DNA of 64,000 nt, taken from the sequence record LC739533.1; one strand, given 5' to 3'. The position numbers were made by a program, and so were the translations under genes. The stretch comes from Escherichia phage phiWec179. The notes under the pieces are model-generated. The model did not search any database, had not been told where the DNA came from, and saw only the letters and a list, made by a program, of their open reading frames with translations. Positions 9,289 through 17,985 of this stretch are shown piece after piece (within the stretch, counting starts at the first letter, position 1; the number at the start of each line of letters is the position of its first letter).

Positions 9289-9510
9289 TTATTCCTCGAT
9301 CACTTCTACATCCCAAGAGAAGAATACATAGTCACAACCTTCCCAAACATCATCCTCCAGGATCTCACAACCTTCCACTTTAGCCATCTCTTCTTGGGAA
9401 ACGAAGAATGTTTGCAGATCATCGCTGAAAAGGTGTGCTTCAACAACAAAAGGAAGCTGAACGTTCTCGAAACCTACATAGCCTGTAACATCAATAATCT
9501 TAATTTTCAT
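9289..9510 (-). CDS. hypothetical protein
   Basis: tiled ORF, 73 aa. Confidence 0.4.
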   Translation of the reverse strand: MKIKIIDVTGYVGFENVQLPFVVEAHLFSDDLQTFFVSQEEMAKVEGCEILEDDVWEGCDYVFFSWDVEVIEE

Positions 9511-9701
9511 GATGGTTCTCCTTTATAAAGTAAACCTCTTAGTTCGCATTCTGCCACCAATAGACGGTTGGCTTGATTGTCCATAGACACGTCTATCTCC
9601 ACACTCCAAGCATTAATATACACTTCGTTGATCTTTGCGTCAAGCATTTGTGCAACTAAAGCTACGGCTCCAGCATATTCAAGTTTGATCTCTATAATCA
9701 T
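9507..9701 (-). CDS. hypothetical protein
   Basis: tiled ORF, 64 aa. Confidence 0.4.
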   Translation of the reverse strand: MIIEIKLEYAGAVALVAQMLDAKINEVYINAWSVEIDVSMDNQANRLLVAECELRGLLYKGEPS

Positions 9702-9985
9702 TTAAGATGATCCCTTACCCATTGGATACGGACAGCATTGAGATGAGAACCATCTTCCTTGTATTCTTTCGCGTAATCATCCCAATCCTTATTGAACGGG
9801 AGTTCTGGGTCCAACCCCGCAGCTTCAAACTGTTTTGACATTTCATACAGCAAATCATCATCACAATAACCGAAGAAATAGAGATTAGTACATAAACCCC
9901 ATTCACGGCGGAAAGGATTACCGTCTGGCGCTCCCGCGTCCACCCAATCTGCGTAAGCTTGATAGAACTCTCGTAATGTTTTCAT
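9698..9985 (-). CDS. paralog family A protein
   Basis: AAGGGGTGG + ATG at 9985; LREFYQAYADWVDAGAP...GLCTNL...SKQF...LPFN...HLNAVRIQWVRDHL. Confidence 0.55.
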   Translation of the reverse strand: MKTLREFYQAYADWVDAGAPDGNPFRREWGLCTNLYFFGYCDDDLLYEMSKQFEAAGLDPELPFNKDWDDYAKEYKEDGSHLNAVRIQWVRDHLK

Positions 9986-10140
9986 AACCACCCCTTATCT
10001 TGATAACCTTTAGAAAACCCTTCTTCCCACTCTTGAAACTGTTCAGGATGTTTATTGGGATCGTAAGGATTGTGGCGGCAAAACATGCCGAATTTATAAC
10101 CCTGTGCGTAGCCTTTATCGAATGCGTTCTTACTCTCCAT
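9982..10140 (-). CDS. small protein with ribosome-modulation-factor-like motif (tentative)
   Basis: GGAGAG + ATG at 10140; 52 aa; stop overlaps next start (TTATGA); KGYAQGY..G...NPY......W..GF pattern resembles Rmf. Confidence 0.35.
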   Translation of the reverse strand: MESKNAFDKGYAQGYKFGMFCRHNPYDPNKHPEQFQEWEEGFSKGYQDKGWL

Positions 10141-10152
10141 TGTTCTCTCCTC

Positions 10153-10425
10153 TTATTCAACGTTCCAGAAAACACCCCGTTTATCTGTAATGTCTATACG
10201 ATACTCCTCCCACATCTTAGTTACAAGAGGTCTTTTCACATAACCGTGAAAATAAACTTCAGAATGCACCCCGTAAGCTGTGTAATTGTCAACAGTCCCT
10301 TCTACCTTGAAGATCACCATGTCTCCACCTAAAAATCTTTCAAAAACCAAGGTGAAACAGTCGAACTTAACAACGTCTCCCTCGAAGAGGGAGATATCTT
10401 TCACCTTACAGAAATGTCCGATCAT
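10153..10425 (-). CDS. hypothetical protein
   Basis: tiled ORF, 90 aa. Confidence 0.45.
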   Translation of the reverse strand: MIGHFCKVKDISLFEGDVVKFDCFTLVFERFLGGDMVIFKVEGTVDNYTAYGVHSEVYFHGYVKRPLVTKMWEEYRIDITDKRGVFWNVE

Positions 10426-10434
10426 TTTCTCTCC

Positions 10435-10626
10435 TTAATACACATCACCTACAAACCAGATTTCTGGATCGCCATACTGATCCTTCTCGTAAGATTTGTA
10501 GACACTACAGCAATATTTCAAAACACCGTCCACAAGGATTGTTGATCTTTCTTCTGGAATCTCTGTGATCTCCCCTTTGCGGGTTTCGAAGATGGTATCA
10601 CCCTTTTCAATTAGTCGGATTTTCAT
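10435..10626 (-). CDS. hypothetical protein
   Basis: tiled ORF, 63 aa. Confidence 0.4.
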   Translation of the reverse strand: MKIRLIEKGDTIFETRKGEITEIPEERSTILVDGVLKYCCSVYKSYEKDQYGDPEIWFVGDVY

Positions 10627-10627
10627 A

Positions 10628-10825
10628 TCATACCTCCCTCAATGCGATTAGTGCGTTCACCAGATTATCAACACCTTGAGCATCCAGGGCAATAACATCA
10701 AAGTTAAACCCTGTATCAGTTGGGACTTTACGTGTTATGGTGTAATAATCCTCTGCATGACGTTCAACATATGCGTATGGGTAACTGGTGTTCGGATCAT
10801 GTTTTACGCGAATAGATGTTTTCAT
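10628..10825 (-). CDS. hypothetical protein
   Basis: tiled ORF, 65 aa. Confidence 0.4.
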   Translation of the reverse strand: MKTSIRVKHDPNTSYPYAYVERHAEDYYTITRKVPTDTGFNFDVIALDAQGVDNLVNALIALREV

Positions 10826-11295
10826 GTTTTGTTCTCCTCTTTAGTTGCAACACGGAACTTATTAGCTTCTCTCACCTGGAACATGAAGTCTTTCTTCTTC
10901 ATAATCCCGATGGACATTTCATCCAGTTCTTCTGGATGGATCTGGAGATTACGGCGATCGGACAGGAACCAAGATTTCTCCCACCAGAAGCGTTGATCCT
11001 CCTCCTTGTGGTGCTTGTATTCCTCTTTTTCTTTTTCTGTGAGGATCTTGAAGCGATTCTTTCCTTCCCAACGCATTGCTGTGTTAAAAGGAATACCGTT
11101 ATCCCCATTATACACTGCGGAAGTAGGAAGGCAATAGCCAGTTTCTGCGTCGATCATTTGGTAGTGAAATTCACATTCCAGTTCAACGTACTCTAAATCC
11201 CCATAAAAATCACTGATCAAGAAAGCAATGTAAGTTTCACCATGTTCGGGAACAAATTCTTGCTTTGTCAACATCTCCAGTTTCAAACCTGCCAT
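10822..11295 (-). CDS. hypothetical protein
   Basis: tiled ORF, 157 aa. Confidence 0.5.
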   Translation of the reverse strand: MAGLKLEMLTKQEFVPEHGETYIAFLISDFYGDLEYVELECEFHYQMIDAETGYCLPTSAVYNGDNGIPFNTAMRWEGKNRFKILTEKEKEEYKHHKEEDQRFWWEKSWFLSDRRNLQIHPEELDEMSIGIMKKKDFMFQVREANKFRVATKEENKT

Positions 11296-11307
11296 TGCTT
11301 TCTCCTT

Positions 11308-11541
11308 TTAGTCGAACCAGTTATATTCAGAAGGGTAACGCGCATAGTTTGGCTTATACCCCAGCCTTTTCATCTTAACAGACATACGAGTGAAGCCAAA
11401 GGTTTTTTTGCCCTTAGACATAAACTTCTTCCCACTCTTCATTGGCTTCTTAGGGTCTTTGATCGCCTGGTTTAACGCTCGCGCAAGCCACAAAGTGTAT
11501 GCGCTCGGTGCTTGGTTAACTTTCATCTTGTTACCCTTCAT
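11308..11541 (-). CDS. hypothetical basic protein
   Basis: 77 aa, Lys-rich. Confidence 0.45.
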   Translation of the reverse strand: MKGNKMKVNQAPSAYTLWLARALNQAIKDPKKPMKSGKKFMSKGKKTFGFTRMSVKMKRLGYKPNYARYPSEYNWFD

Positions 11542-11552
11542 ACGATCTCCTC

Positions 11553-11765
11553 TTATAAAATTTCAAGTTCTTCGAGTGTTTCTTTCAGGGAAACTGGCAA
11601 ATCACACTCCACATCCAGCATCGAAACCAACCAAGAGGTGGCTTCGGCTAACTTCTGGTAATCATCATACAACACATAACCCCCTTCGTCAACCTCTACG
11701 ATGCAACGATAAGATGCAAAAGGGTTTTTGCTCATTTCTTCAATGTCATAACGTTCAACAACCAT
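11553..11765 (-). CDS. hypothetical protein
   Basis: ATG at 11765 (MVVERYD); shares YxDYQxLAxA segment with 8546..8992. Confidence 0.4.
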   Translation of the reverse strand: MVVERYDIEEMSKNPFASYRCIVEVDEGGYVLYDDYQKLAEATSWLVSMLDVECDLPVSLKETLEELEIL

Positions 11766-12067
11766 TATTTCACCTCTGACCAATCAACAGTAATACATTG
11801 ATAAGCTTGATGATTTATGTCCAATTCAATATAAACCACAAGCCCACGCTCGCGGAGTGCTGTTACCACCATATACATTAACTCGCGCTGTCTGGCGATC
11901 CCATCTTGGGAAAGAGGACGATTACAGAAGCCAAAATCAGAGGGCGTGAAATCCCGTTGGTAATTTCCCGCCCGTGCTTCTGAAAAACACGTCTCAATAA
12001 CCTCTTCAATAGGAAAACCGATGGAAGCTTCTTTGGCAATACTGCGTAACTGTTCGGTCAAATTCAT
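11765..12067 (-). CDS. hypothetical protein
   Basis: tiled ORF, 100 aa. Confidence 0.45.
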   Translation of the reverse strand: MNLTEQLRSIAKEASIGFPIEEVIETCFSEARAGNYQRDFTPSDFGFCNRPLSQDGIARQRELMYMVVTALRERGLVVYIELDINHQAYQCITVDWSEVK

Positions 12068-12132
12068 TTCATTTCTCCTCTCGTCTGTGTATGCAAAGAT
12101 TATCTACCAACGTGATCCTTATGTCAAGCTAT

Positions 12133-12645
12133 TTATTCAAAATAAACTTTAACTTGTGCCGTGCTGTAGCGATTGTAAATCTCGACCACGGCTTTAGCAT
12201 TATCTTCTTTATAGGATTCTGCCAGATCTTCCGCATCTCGGATATTTCCGGCAACACCTACGAGAACAAGATCCACCATTACAAGATATTTTTTATCTTC
12301 TGGACTCTCTTGAGAAGGCTCTTGCACTGGTTCTTCCTTTGGTTCTGGTGGCAAACCAACCTCTGCCTCAACATAAGAGTCAAACCAAGTGATATCGTTA
12401 AAATGCTTTAACTCGTGTTTGGACAGCAGCATACCACAATCAACGAAAGCACCTGCATCAGCTTCAAAGACATGCCCTTCAAATGTTTGGAACTTAACCA
12501 CATCCCCTTTTTCTGTTGTCTCCAACACCAGGAAGTGTTTTGGCCCCAGCAGATCTGAAATCTTTCGGTTCAGATTGACAGCTTCACGGAACGCATTGTA
12601 CTCTTTTGTATTTTTGAATTTATAAGAATGCCCTTGAATAAACAT
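12133..12645 (-). CDS. hypothetical protein (tandem paralog 1)
   Basis: 170 aa; same layout as 12658..13176 (N-domain, GLPP linker, C-terminal VEIY..STA). Confidence 0.5.
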   Translation of the reverse strand: MFIQGHSYKFKNTKEYNAFREAVNLNRKISDLLGPKHFLVLETTEKGDVVKFQTFEGHVFEADAGAFVDCGMLLSKHELKHFNDITWFDSYVEAEVGLPPEPKEEPVQEPSQESPEDKKYLVMVDLVLVGVAGNIRDAEDLAESYKEDNAKAVVEIYNRYSTAQVKVYFE

Positions 12646-12657
12646 AGTAGTCTCCTC

Positions 12658-13176
12658 TTAGTCAAATATCACATTACTTACGAGTTTCGCTGTGCTACGC
12701 AGAGTATAAATCTCCACAAGCTTCCCTGGACTCTCTTTCTTCGCTTTCGTGGCTCTTTCTTGTGCCTCTGAAAAAGATGATACAGTATGCACTACTACGT
12801 AGTCAACAATAACTGCAAACTTTTTAGGCACAATATCGGCATCAGGACGATCGTCGTGCGCAGAAACATCCTTACCTGGCTGTGGTGCCAGCGGCGGCAA
12901 GCCTGTCATTAACAGTGCACCTCCATCAAAGAAATATCCGATTTCATCGTGTGCAATAAGGAAGCGATCCATTTGAGCATCACCTACTCCCTGATCCCAG
13001 AACACTTTCCTATCTTCTACGAAGATGATAAGGGACAGGACATTCCCATGAACATCCGTGTTAACTGGTTGGAACCAGTGATCCCCAATCGCTTCAGCCA
13101 ATTGTTTAGAGATTGATTGAAACAACTCTTGGTACGTGCCTTGTCTGAAACGATATACATTATTTGTTTTAAACAT
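12658..13176 (-). CDS. hypothetical protein (tandem paralog 2)
   Basis: 172 aa; paralog of 12133..12645. Confidence 0.5.
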   Translation of the reverse strand: MFKTNNVYRFRQGTYQELFQSISKQLAEAIGDHWFQPVNTDVHGNVLSLIIFVEDRKVFWDQGVGDAQMDRFLIAHDEIGYFFDGGALLMTGLPPLAPQPGKDVSAHDDRPDADIVPKKFAVIVDYVVVHTVSSFSEAQERATKAKKESPGKLVEIYTLRSTAKLVSNVIFD

Positions 13177-13198
13177 TAGTGTCTCCTCTTGTATTAAA

Positions 13199-13657
13199 TT
13201 ATTGTTCTACTTCACGCAGCCACGCTAAAGCCTCTTCTGGGGATTTATCGAAGTCGTTGAGCAGTTCCTGCTCCAACTCCTCTTTCATTTCATTCAGCAC
13301 TTGTAGTTGACGTGCCTTTTTCCACAAGGCTACACGATAATCAACACCTTGTGGTGCTTCTTCTGCCACTTTTACATTACCTGTCGGGCAGCGAGGAAGA
13401 TAGTCTTCAATATCTTCCAAGGCACGGCGATAATTGGGGTCCATGTAGTTCACACGAACACGATTACATTCTAACAAAGTGGCACGGAACACTTCATAAC
13501 GTGTTTCGGATAGAATGTGTTTCACACAGACAGCACCAGTATCTTCTGAAATTACGCTATACACTTCCAGTAGGCTGGAGTTTCTCTTGACATAATCTGT
13601 AACGCATTGCACATATGCTCCCAATATTGTGGAAGCTCTCGCTGGTTTTTCGCTCAT
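13199..13657 (-). CDS. hypothetical protein
   Basis: tiled ORF, 152 aa. Confidence 0.5.
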   Translation of the reverse strand: MSEKPARASTILGAYVQCVTDYVKRNSSLLEVYSVISEDTGAVCVKHILSETRYEVFRATLLECNRVRVNYMDPNYRRALEDIEDYLPRCPTGNVKVAEEAPQGVDYRVALWKKARQLQVLNEMKEELEQELLNDFDKSPEEALAWLREVEQ

Positions 13658-13893
13658 TTTCTACCTCCCCATAATGCCACCATTTTATTAAAGATGGAAG
13701 CGCGTCGTGCACGAGATGCTAACATACGATTGGCTTCTTCGTAGCCATAGAACAAACGATCTGTCAATACCAACGCCAGTGTCTTCTCTTGCAGAGACTG
13801 GCAATTATGTTCAGGACGACAGTCGTGCCCTGCATCGAAGTACAGATTGTTCAGATAGTTGTTTGCTCTCTCATTCTGCTTTGCAGTGATCAC
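13654..13893 (-). CDS. hypothetical protein
   Basis: tiled ORF, 79 aa. Confidence 0.4.
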   Translation of the reverse strand: MITAKQNERANNYLNNLYFDAGHDCRPEHNCQSLQEKTLALVLTDRLFYGYEEANRMLASRARRASIFNKMVALWGGRK

Positions 13894-13902
13894 GATCCCT
13901 CC

Positions 13903-14133
13903 TTAATGAACAATTTCATATTCGTGAGGAAGGAAAACATAATCTTCCCCTTCACCTGCATCTTCTTCATCCCAGAAGAAACCTGGTATCTCAATCATCT
14001 TCGAAAAGCGCACATGCGCCAACCCACTATACCCTATCTGTGCATTCAGCACAACGGGTAACTCTGCACCAATCAGACCTACATACCCGCAAGCGGTTTC
14101 AATACGAATTTTCATACGTTTTATGTTATGCAT
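13903..14133 (-). CDS. hypothetical protein
   Basis: tiled ORF, 76 aa. Confidence 0.4.
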   Translation of the reverse strand: MHNIKRMKIRIETACGYVGLIGAELPVVLNAQIGYSGLAHVRFSKMIEIPGFFWDEEDAGEGEDYVFLPHEYEIVH

Positions 14134-14335
14134 CTTTCATATTCTCCACGAAGTGACGAGCAACAGGATTCCCGTAGAAATATTCATTGATGAAATCGAT
14201 CACACAGGTTTCACTGCCTGTCACAACGGACGGTGCGAAGTTTCGGAACTGCACGAGTACACGACTTGCGTTAGCAAGGGCGTTCACACGATCAGTATTA
14301 GCTAAATACAAGGATACAGTTTTCATATTCGACAT
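14126..14335 (-). CDS. hypothetical protein
   Basis: tiled ORF, 69 aa. Confidence 0.4.
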   Translation of the reverse strand: MSNMKTVSLYLANTDRVNALANASRVLVQFRNFAPSVVTGSETCVIDFINEYFYGNPVARHFVENMKDA

Positions 14336-14406
14336 TTCAATCTCCTCATTGGCTATCTGTTATGCGCGGTATTGCGCCTCTCATGCAAACAAGTATACAG
14401 ACATTT

Positions 14407-14775
14407 TTATTCAATGCAAGCATTATTTGCATCTTCGATGCGATCTTTCACCCATTGAAGACGTAACGTGTTGGTATGACACGCCAAGTCTATACACTCT
14501 GAAAGGTAATCCATGCAATCTGCATTGAACGGAAGATTGTAGTCCAGTTTTGCACATGTAAATTGTTTCCTCATTTCGTATTTCAAACTATCCAACAAAC
14601 GATCACGCCATCTTTTATCTTCTTCTCTAATTACCTCACCAACAAAATCATCTACATAATCTACCAGACAACCACACAAGCCACTCGTTGTGCGATTCAT
14701 TGCCGGATGGTTGGCAATCCATGCTTTATAGAATCGTATTAATGTTGCACTGCTCAACGGAATGTTACTTTTCAT
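14407..14775 (-). CDS. paralog family A protein
   Basis: AAGGAGG + ATG at 14775; LIRFYKAWI...GLCGCL...RKQF...LPFN...RLQWVKDRI. Confidence 0.5.
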   Translation of the reverse strand: MKSNIPLSSATLIRFYKAWIANHPAMNRTTSGLCGCLVDYVDDFVGEVIREEDKRWRDRLLDSLKYEMRKQFTCAKLDYNLPFNADCMDYLSECIDLACHTNTLRLQWVKDRIEDANNACIE

Positions 14776-15130
14776 TATTGCCTCCTTCACAATCCTGGAT
14801 ACGATCTTCTACCCATTGCACACGCAGTCGGTTGAGATGACATTTTCTGTTTTCACATTCTTCCTCGTAGTCGAAGAAGTTGGTATTGAAAGGTGTGGTT
14901 TTAGACAACCCTGCATACATAAACTGTACCAGCATTTCATCAGCTAAAGCTTCACGCATCTCCCAAAACTGATCCACATCGGCACCATGTATCGGACACA
15001 ATACGTCCCATGCAAAATTGCCTAAACATACGCACAAGCCATTCGCTGTGTTCACCAACTCACTACGGTGAGCCATCCAATTCTTATAGAACATCAGAAG
15101 AGTATCACTACTCAAGGGAATATTTTTCAT
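14765..15130 (-). CDS. paralog family A protein
   Basis: AAGGAG + ATG; LLMFYKNWM...GLCVCL...VQF...TPFN...HLNRLRVQWVEDRI. Confidence 0.55.
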   Translation of the reverse strand: MKNIPLSSDTLLMFYKNWMAHRSELVNTANGLCVCLGNFAWDVLCPIHGADVDQFWEMREALADEMLVQFMYAGLSKTTPFNTNFFDYEEECENRKCHLNRLRVQWVEDRIQDCEGGNNEK

Positions 15131-15131
15131 A

Positions 15132-15512
15132 TCAGGCTCCTTTACGATTATGGAAACAATCTTTCACTCGCTCTTGCACCCACTCTACACGAAGCTTGTT
15201 TTCATGCGCTCTGTTGTGGTTATGCTCTTGCACATAGTCTTCGTAGTTCACATTAAAGGGAACACTGACAGACAATCCTGCACAACGAAATTGTTTCTTC
15301 ATTTCTTTTAATGTCGCATCACTTAGGGCACAAAGCTGATTTGCCTGTTCCTCACTGAAGTTACTGTCCCACATCTCATCCCAGATAAAACTATCCAAGC
15401 ATACACATAACCCATGCCTTGTGCGCTCTTTAGTATGATGATCAGCAAGCCAACTTTCATAGAAAGCTAACAACACCGGACTACTCAACGGAACATTTTT
15501 ACTCTCTTGCAT
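15132..15512 (-). CDS. paralog family A protein
   Basis: AGGAG + ATG at 15512; LLAFYESWL...GLCVCL...KKQF...VPFN...RVEWVQERV. Confidence 0.5.
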   Translation of the reverse strand: MQESKNVPLSSPVLLAFYESWLADHHTKERTRHGLCVCLDSFIWDEMWDSNFSEEQANQLCALSDATLKEMKKQFRCAGLSVSVPFNVNYEDYVQEHNHNRAHENKLRVEWVQERVKDCFHNRKGA

Positions 15513-15873
15513 GATAATCTCCTCTCTTGGTTTCATGACAAACATCCTAATTCTCAACGAGGAACATCTTACGATCAATCCTCGGCAATTACAATTCATT
15601 TATCATCGCTTTTCCCTATCAATTATTCTATATATACCTGTTATTTTTGACACCCCCTTTGGTCAAATATTAATCGGCAAAATATCTGGGGGTACTCTAT
15701 AAAATGATGCCCCCTGTTCCTGCAATTTATCGAGGAGAATATCATTCGACTATCATCGGCAAAGAGACAGAAAAGCCTTTGGTAGCAAGGATTTATGGCG
15801 AGTACGTCAGGACTGCTTAACGCGAATTTTTCGGCCCCTCCACTTCTGCGAGCCGGAATCCTCAAATATCAAT

Positions 15874-15892
15874 GAGAATAATTATCATTATC
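15874..15892. promoter_or_regulatory. Fur-box-like 19-bp site GAGAATAATTATCATTATC
   Basis: 16 of 19 matches to GATAATGATAATCATTATC by eye; half-site TGAGAAT shared with 30352..30465. Confidence 0.3.
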
Positions 15893-16055
15893 ATTCGTAT
15901 TCAATAACTTAGGCGATCTTTTCCCCTGCTATAAGGTCGGGCCTAACTTAACCATCACTTTTCAAACAATCCTTTATCAATCAACTACTTAACAACCTAA
16001 ACATATGATTACTACGGTGTAAAGGTGCCGCCCATAACAGACTACCTATAAAATA

Positions 16056-16075
16056 GATGAGAATGATTATTATTC
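16056..16075. promoter_or_regulatory. second operator-like site (GATGAGAATGATTATTATTC)
   Basis: same half-site family; preceded by CTATAAAAT as at 15687. Confidence 0.25.
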
Positions 16076-16269
16076 AGACAATTCTTACAACAAATCGACC
16101 AACAAATCAAGAATTTTCTTATTTTTATTCACGTTTAAGAGAACGTGCTCAACATTCCGCTACGCGTAACGGTTCGCCCCCAAAAGATTAGCCTTTGCTT
16201 TCCTGTATATTTATACACTATGTGCAAGGTGTCGCTACACGCTCGCCTTGCCCCGCATAATCCTTCACT

Positions 16270-16498
16270 GTGCTAATGATTTCATAGTGCAACAATAACA
16301 CTTATTATTATATTACGCTTAATTATTCTTACATACAATGCTAATAATAAGCCAGCGTAATTAGTGTAAGCGTAATACGCTTGCAATAATTGCAAGCTAC
16401 ATAATCACAAGAAATAACCATCACCGATGGTTATGATTGTGGGGGTGTAGTTGGCTTATTATTAGCTCGCTACGTGTCCGGCGTAGCGTGCTAATGAT
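16270..16498. repeat. nested repeat/palindrome element
   Basis: direct repeat GTGCTAATGAT at 16270 and 16488; 14-bp inverted repeat GCTAATAATAAGCC (16340-16353 / 16453-16466); perfect palindromes GCTTGCAATAATTGCAAGC (16379-16397) and ATAACCATCaccGATGGTTAT (16414-16434). Confidence 0.6.
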
Positions 16499-16577
16499 GA
16501 CTCTATGAATGATTCATTTTGCAATTATTACAGTCTTCACTATTTCGGCAATAGTTATTATTTTAATGGTTTCATTT

Positions 16578-16737
16578 GTTATCGTTAGTTAGTTGGTTGT
16601 TTTGTCGTGTTATCGTTATCTTGCTTAGTATTCATCATGGTTTGATTGTTTGTCGTTATCAATCATCTTTCTATTATTCCTTTGATTATGATTAGTTTGC
16701 TTATTGTTTTAAGTCGTTAGTTGGTTAGTTGTTGCGA
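16578..16737. repeat. iteron-like direct repeats
   Basis: TCGTTAGTT(AGTT)GGTT at 16581 and 16713; GTTATCGTTA / TGTCGTTATC recurring in T-rich ORF-free DNA. Confidence 0.45.
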
Positions 16738-17011
16738 ACTGTTATCAACATTATAGTTATGCACTTATATTGCATAGATACGCAAGGGTAGATGATAATG
16801 GTTATCATTGCACTGGAAAGGAAGAAAACAGCCTTTTTCGGTTGTTTGTTGTTGGTTGTTGATCGATTTTAACCGCTCTAAATAGCTCTCTAATAGCCTG
16901 TTGCCCTGGGGTGTATGGTTATTCGTTTAATGGTTGATTAGCTCGATACCGCGATCTATTCAGTTTTGTTCTGTGTCGGTTTTTCATAGGCGGAATCTAT
17001 CAACATTGTTC

Positions 17012-17052
17012 GGGCAAAAAGAAAGGGCGCTTTGTGCGCCCTTGTTTTGTTG
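17012..17052 (-). terminator. rho-independent terminator closing the minus-strand small-gene array
   Basis: hairpin AAGGGCGCtttgtGCGCCCTT flanked by T-runs on both strands, just past stop of 17057..17476. Confidence 0.6.
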
Positions 17053-17056
17053 TCAA

Positions 17057-17476
17057 TTATAACGCTTCATAGATTGAGTAGATCCGGTTTGCCAGGTCAT
17101 TACGAAAGCGGAATTTTTCATCACGTTTAATCATCAGATCCTTAAAACCGCATTCTTTCAAGGCTTCATTAACTTTACTGCGGCATACTTTCATATTGTC
17201 CTGCGCGTCACCAATAAACTTATTGCTATGATGCATTGTTTTGATCTCTTCCTCCAGGACCAGGGCAACTACACGGATCGGATCAAGCTGATACGCGGTA
17301 ACATCCATGCGGCATTGTAAACGGCTTTTAACATCGTTTACCGGATACACTGCAACCTCTTCCCCGTCAACGTTCACAATAACCAGCTTACCATCAATTT
17401 CGAAGCCTTTCGCGGCGCTACCGTGGCAAAAAGCGTTATCGAAGGAGTAAGCCGGATTATTTGATTTAATGTTCAT
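17057..17476 (-). CDS. hypothetical protein
   Basis: ATG at 17476; 139 aa. Confidence 0.5.
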   Translation of the reverse strand: MNIKSNNPAYSFDNAFCHGSAAKGFEIDGKLVIVNVDGEEVAVYPVNDVKSRLQCRMDVTAYQLDPIRVVALVLEEEIKTMHHSNKFIGDAQDNMKVCRSKVNEALKECGFKDLMIKRDEKFRFRNDLANRIYSIYEAL

Positions 17477-17521
17477 GTTGTTGTCCTTTGTTTCGTTTCG
17501 TTGTTTGCTGCCAGTGAGTTA

Positions 17522-17550
17522 AATATAATATAACGCCGATCCCCTGTCAA
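17522..17550 (-). promoter_or_regulatory. sigma70-like promoter
   Basis: minus strand TTGACA-N17-TATATT upstream of 17057..17476. Confidence 0.45.
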
Positions 17551-17585
17551 TAGGCGATAGCGCATTATTTACATTTCTTTACGTT

Positions 17586-17608
17586 AAAGGGCGCTTAGTG
17601 CGCCCCTT
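17586..17608 (-). terminator. intergenic hairpin (terminator-like)
   Basis: AAGGGCGCttagtGCGCCCCTT after stop of 17617..17985. Confidence 0.4.
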
Positions 17609-17616
17609 GTACAATC

Positions 17617-17985
17617 TTACTTTGTGCTGTTGTAAACGTTATCGCGTTCAACCATCAGGGCAAGGCGGATCAGTTGATCAGTTGTATCGCGTAAGCTGTC
17701 AGGCCATGTTTTATTGTTCCAGCTATCTAAATTTGATTGAATATAGGTTTCAATGGCTTGATCCATATTGTCGAACAAGTTTTCCTCCAAGCTCTCGGCT
17801 GTTTCACACTGGAAAGCATCAGCGACACTATTAATCAATAAGCAAGCCAGTAAATCAGCGTTGCGCCAATTTTTACGGATAGTTTCATCTGTCAGATAAC
17901 CAACGAGATTAACCTTTGCGCCAGTGGTGGACGTTGCGATCACTTCTTGCGCTTTTTCAACTGCTTTAATTGCTGATTTGCTCAT
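17617..17985 (-). CDS. hypothetical protein
   Basis: AAAGAGGAAAAG + ATG; 122 aa. Confidence 0.5.
   Translation of the reverse strand: MSKSAIKAVEKAQEVIATSTTGAKVNLVGYLTDETIRKNWRNADLLACLLINSVADAFQCETAESLEENLFDNMDQAIETYIQSNLDSWNNKTWPDSLRDTTDQLIRLALMVERDNVYNSTK

Noticed and set aside
15600-17056. tRNA genes in the ORF-free region (T4-type phages often carry tRNA clusters)
   Set aside because: I could not find a T-arm GTTCRANYC box with flanking stem complementarity or an acceptor-stem pairing by eye here or in 30340..30900; a covariance-model scan would be the decisive test.
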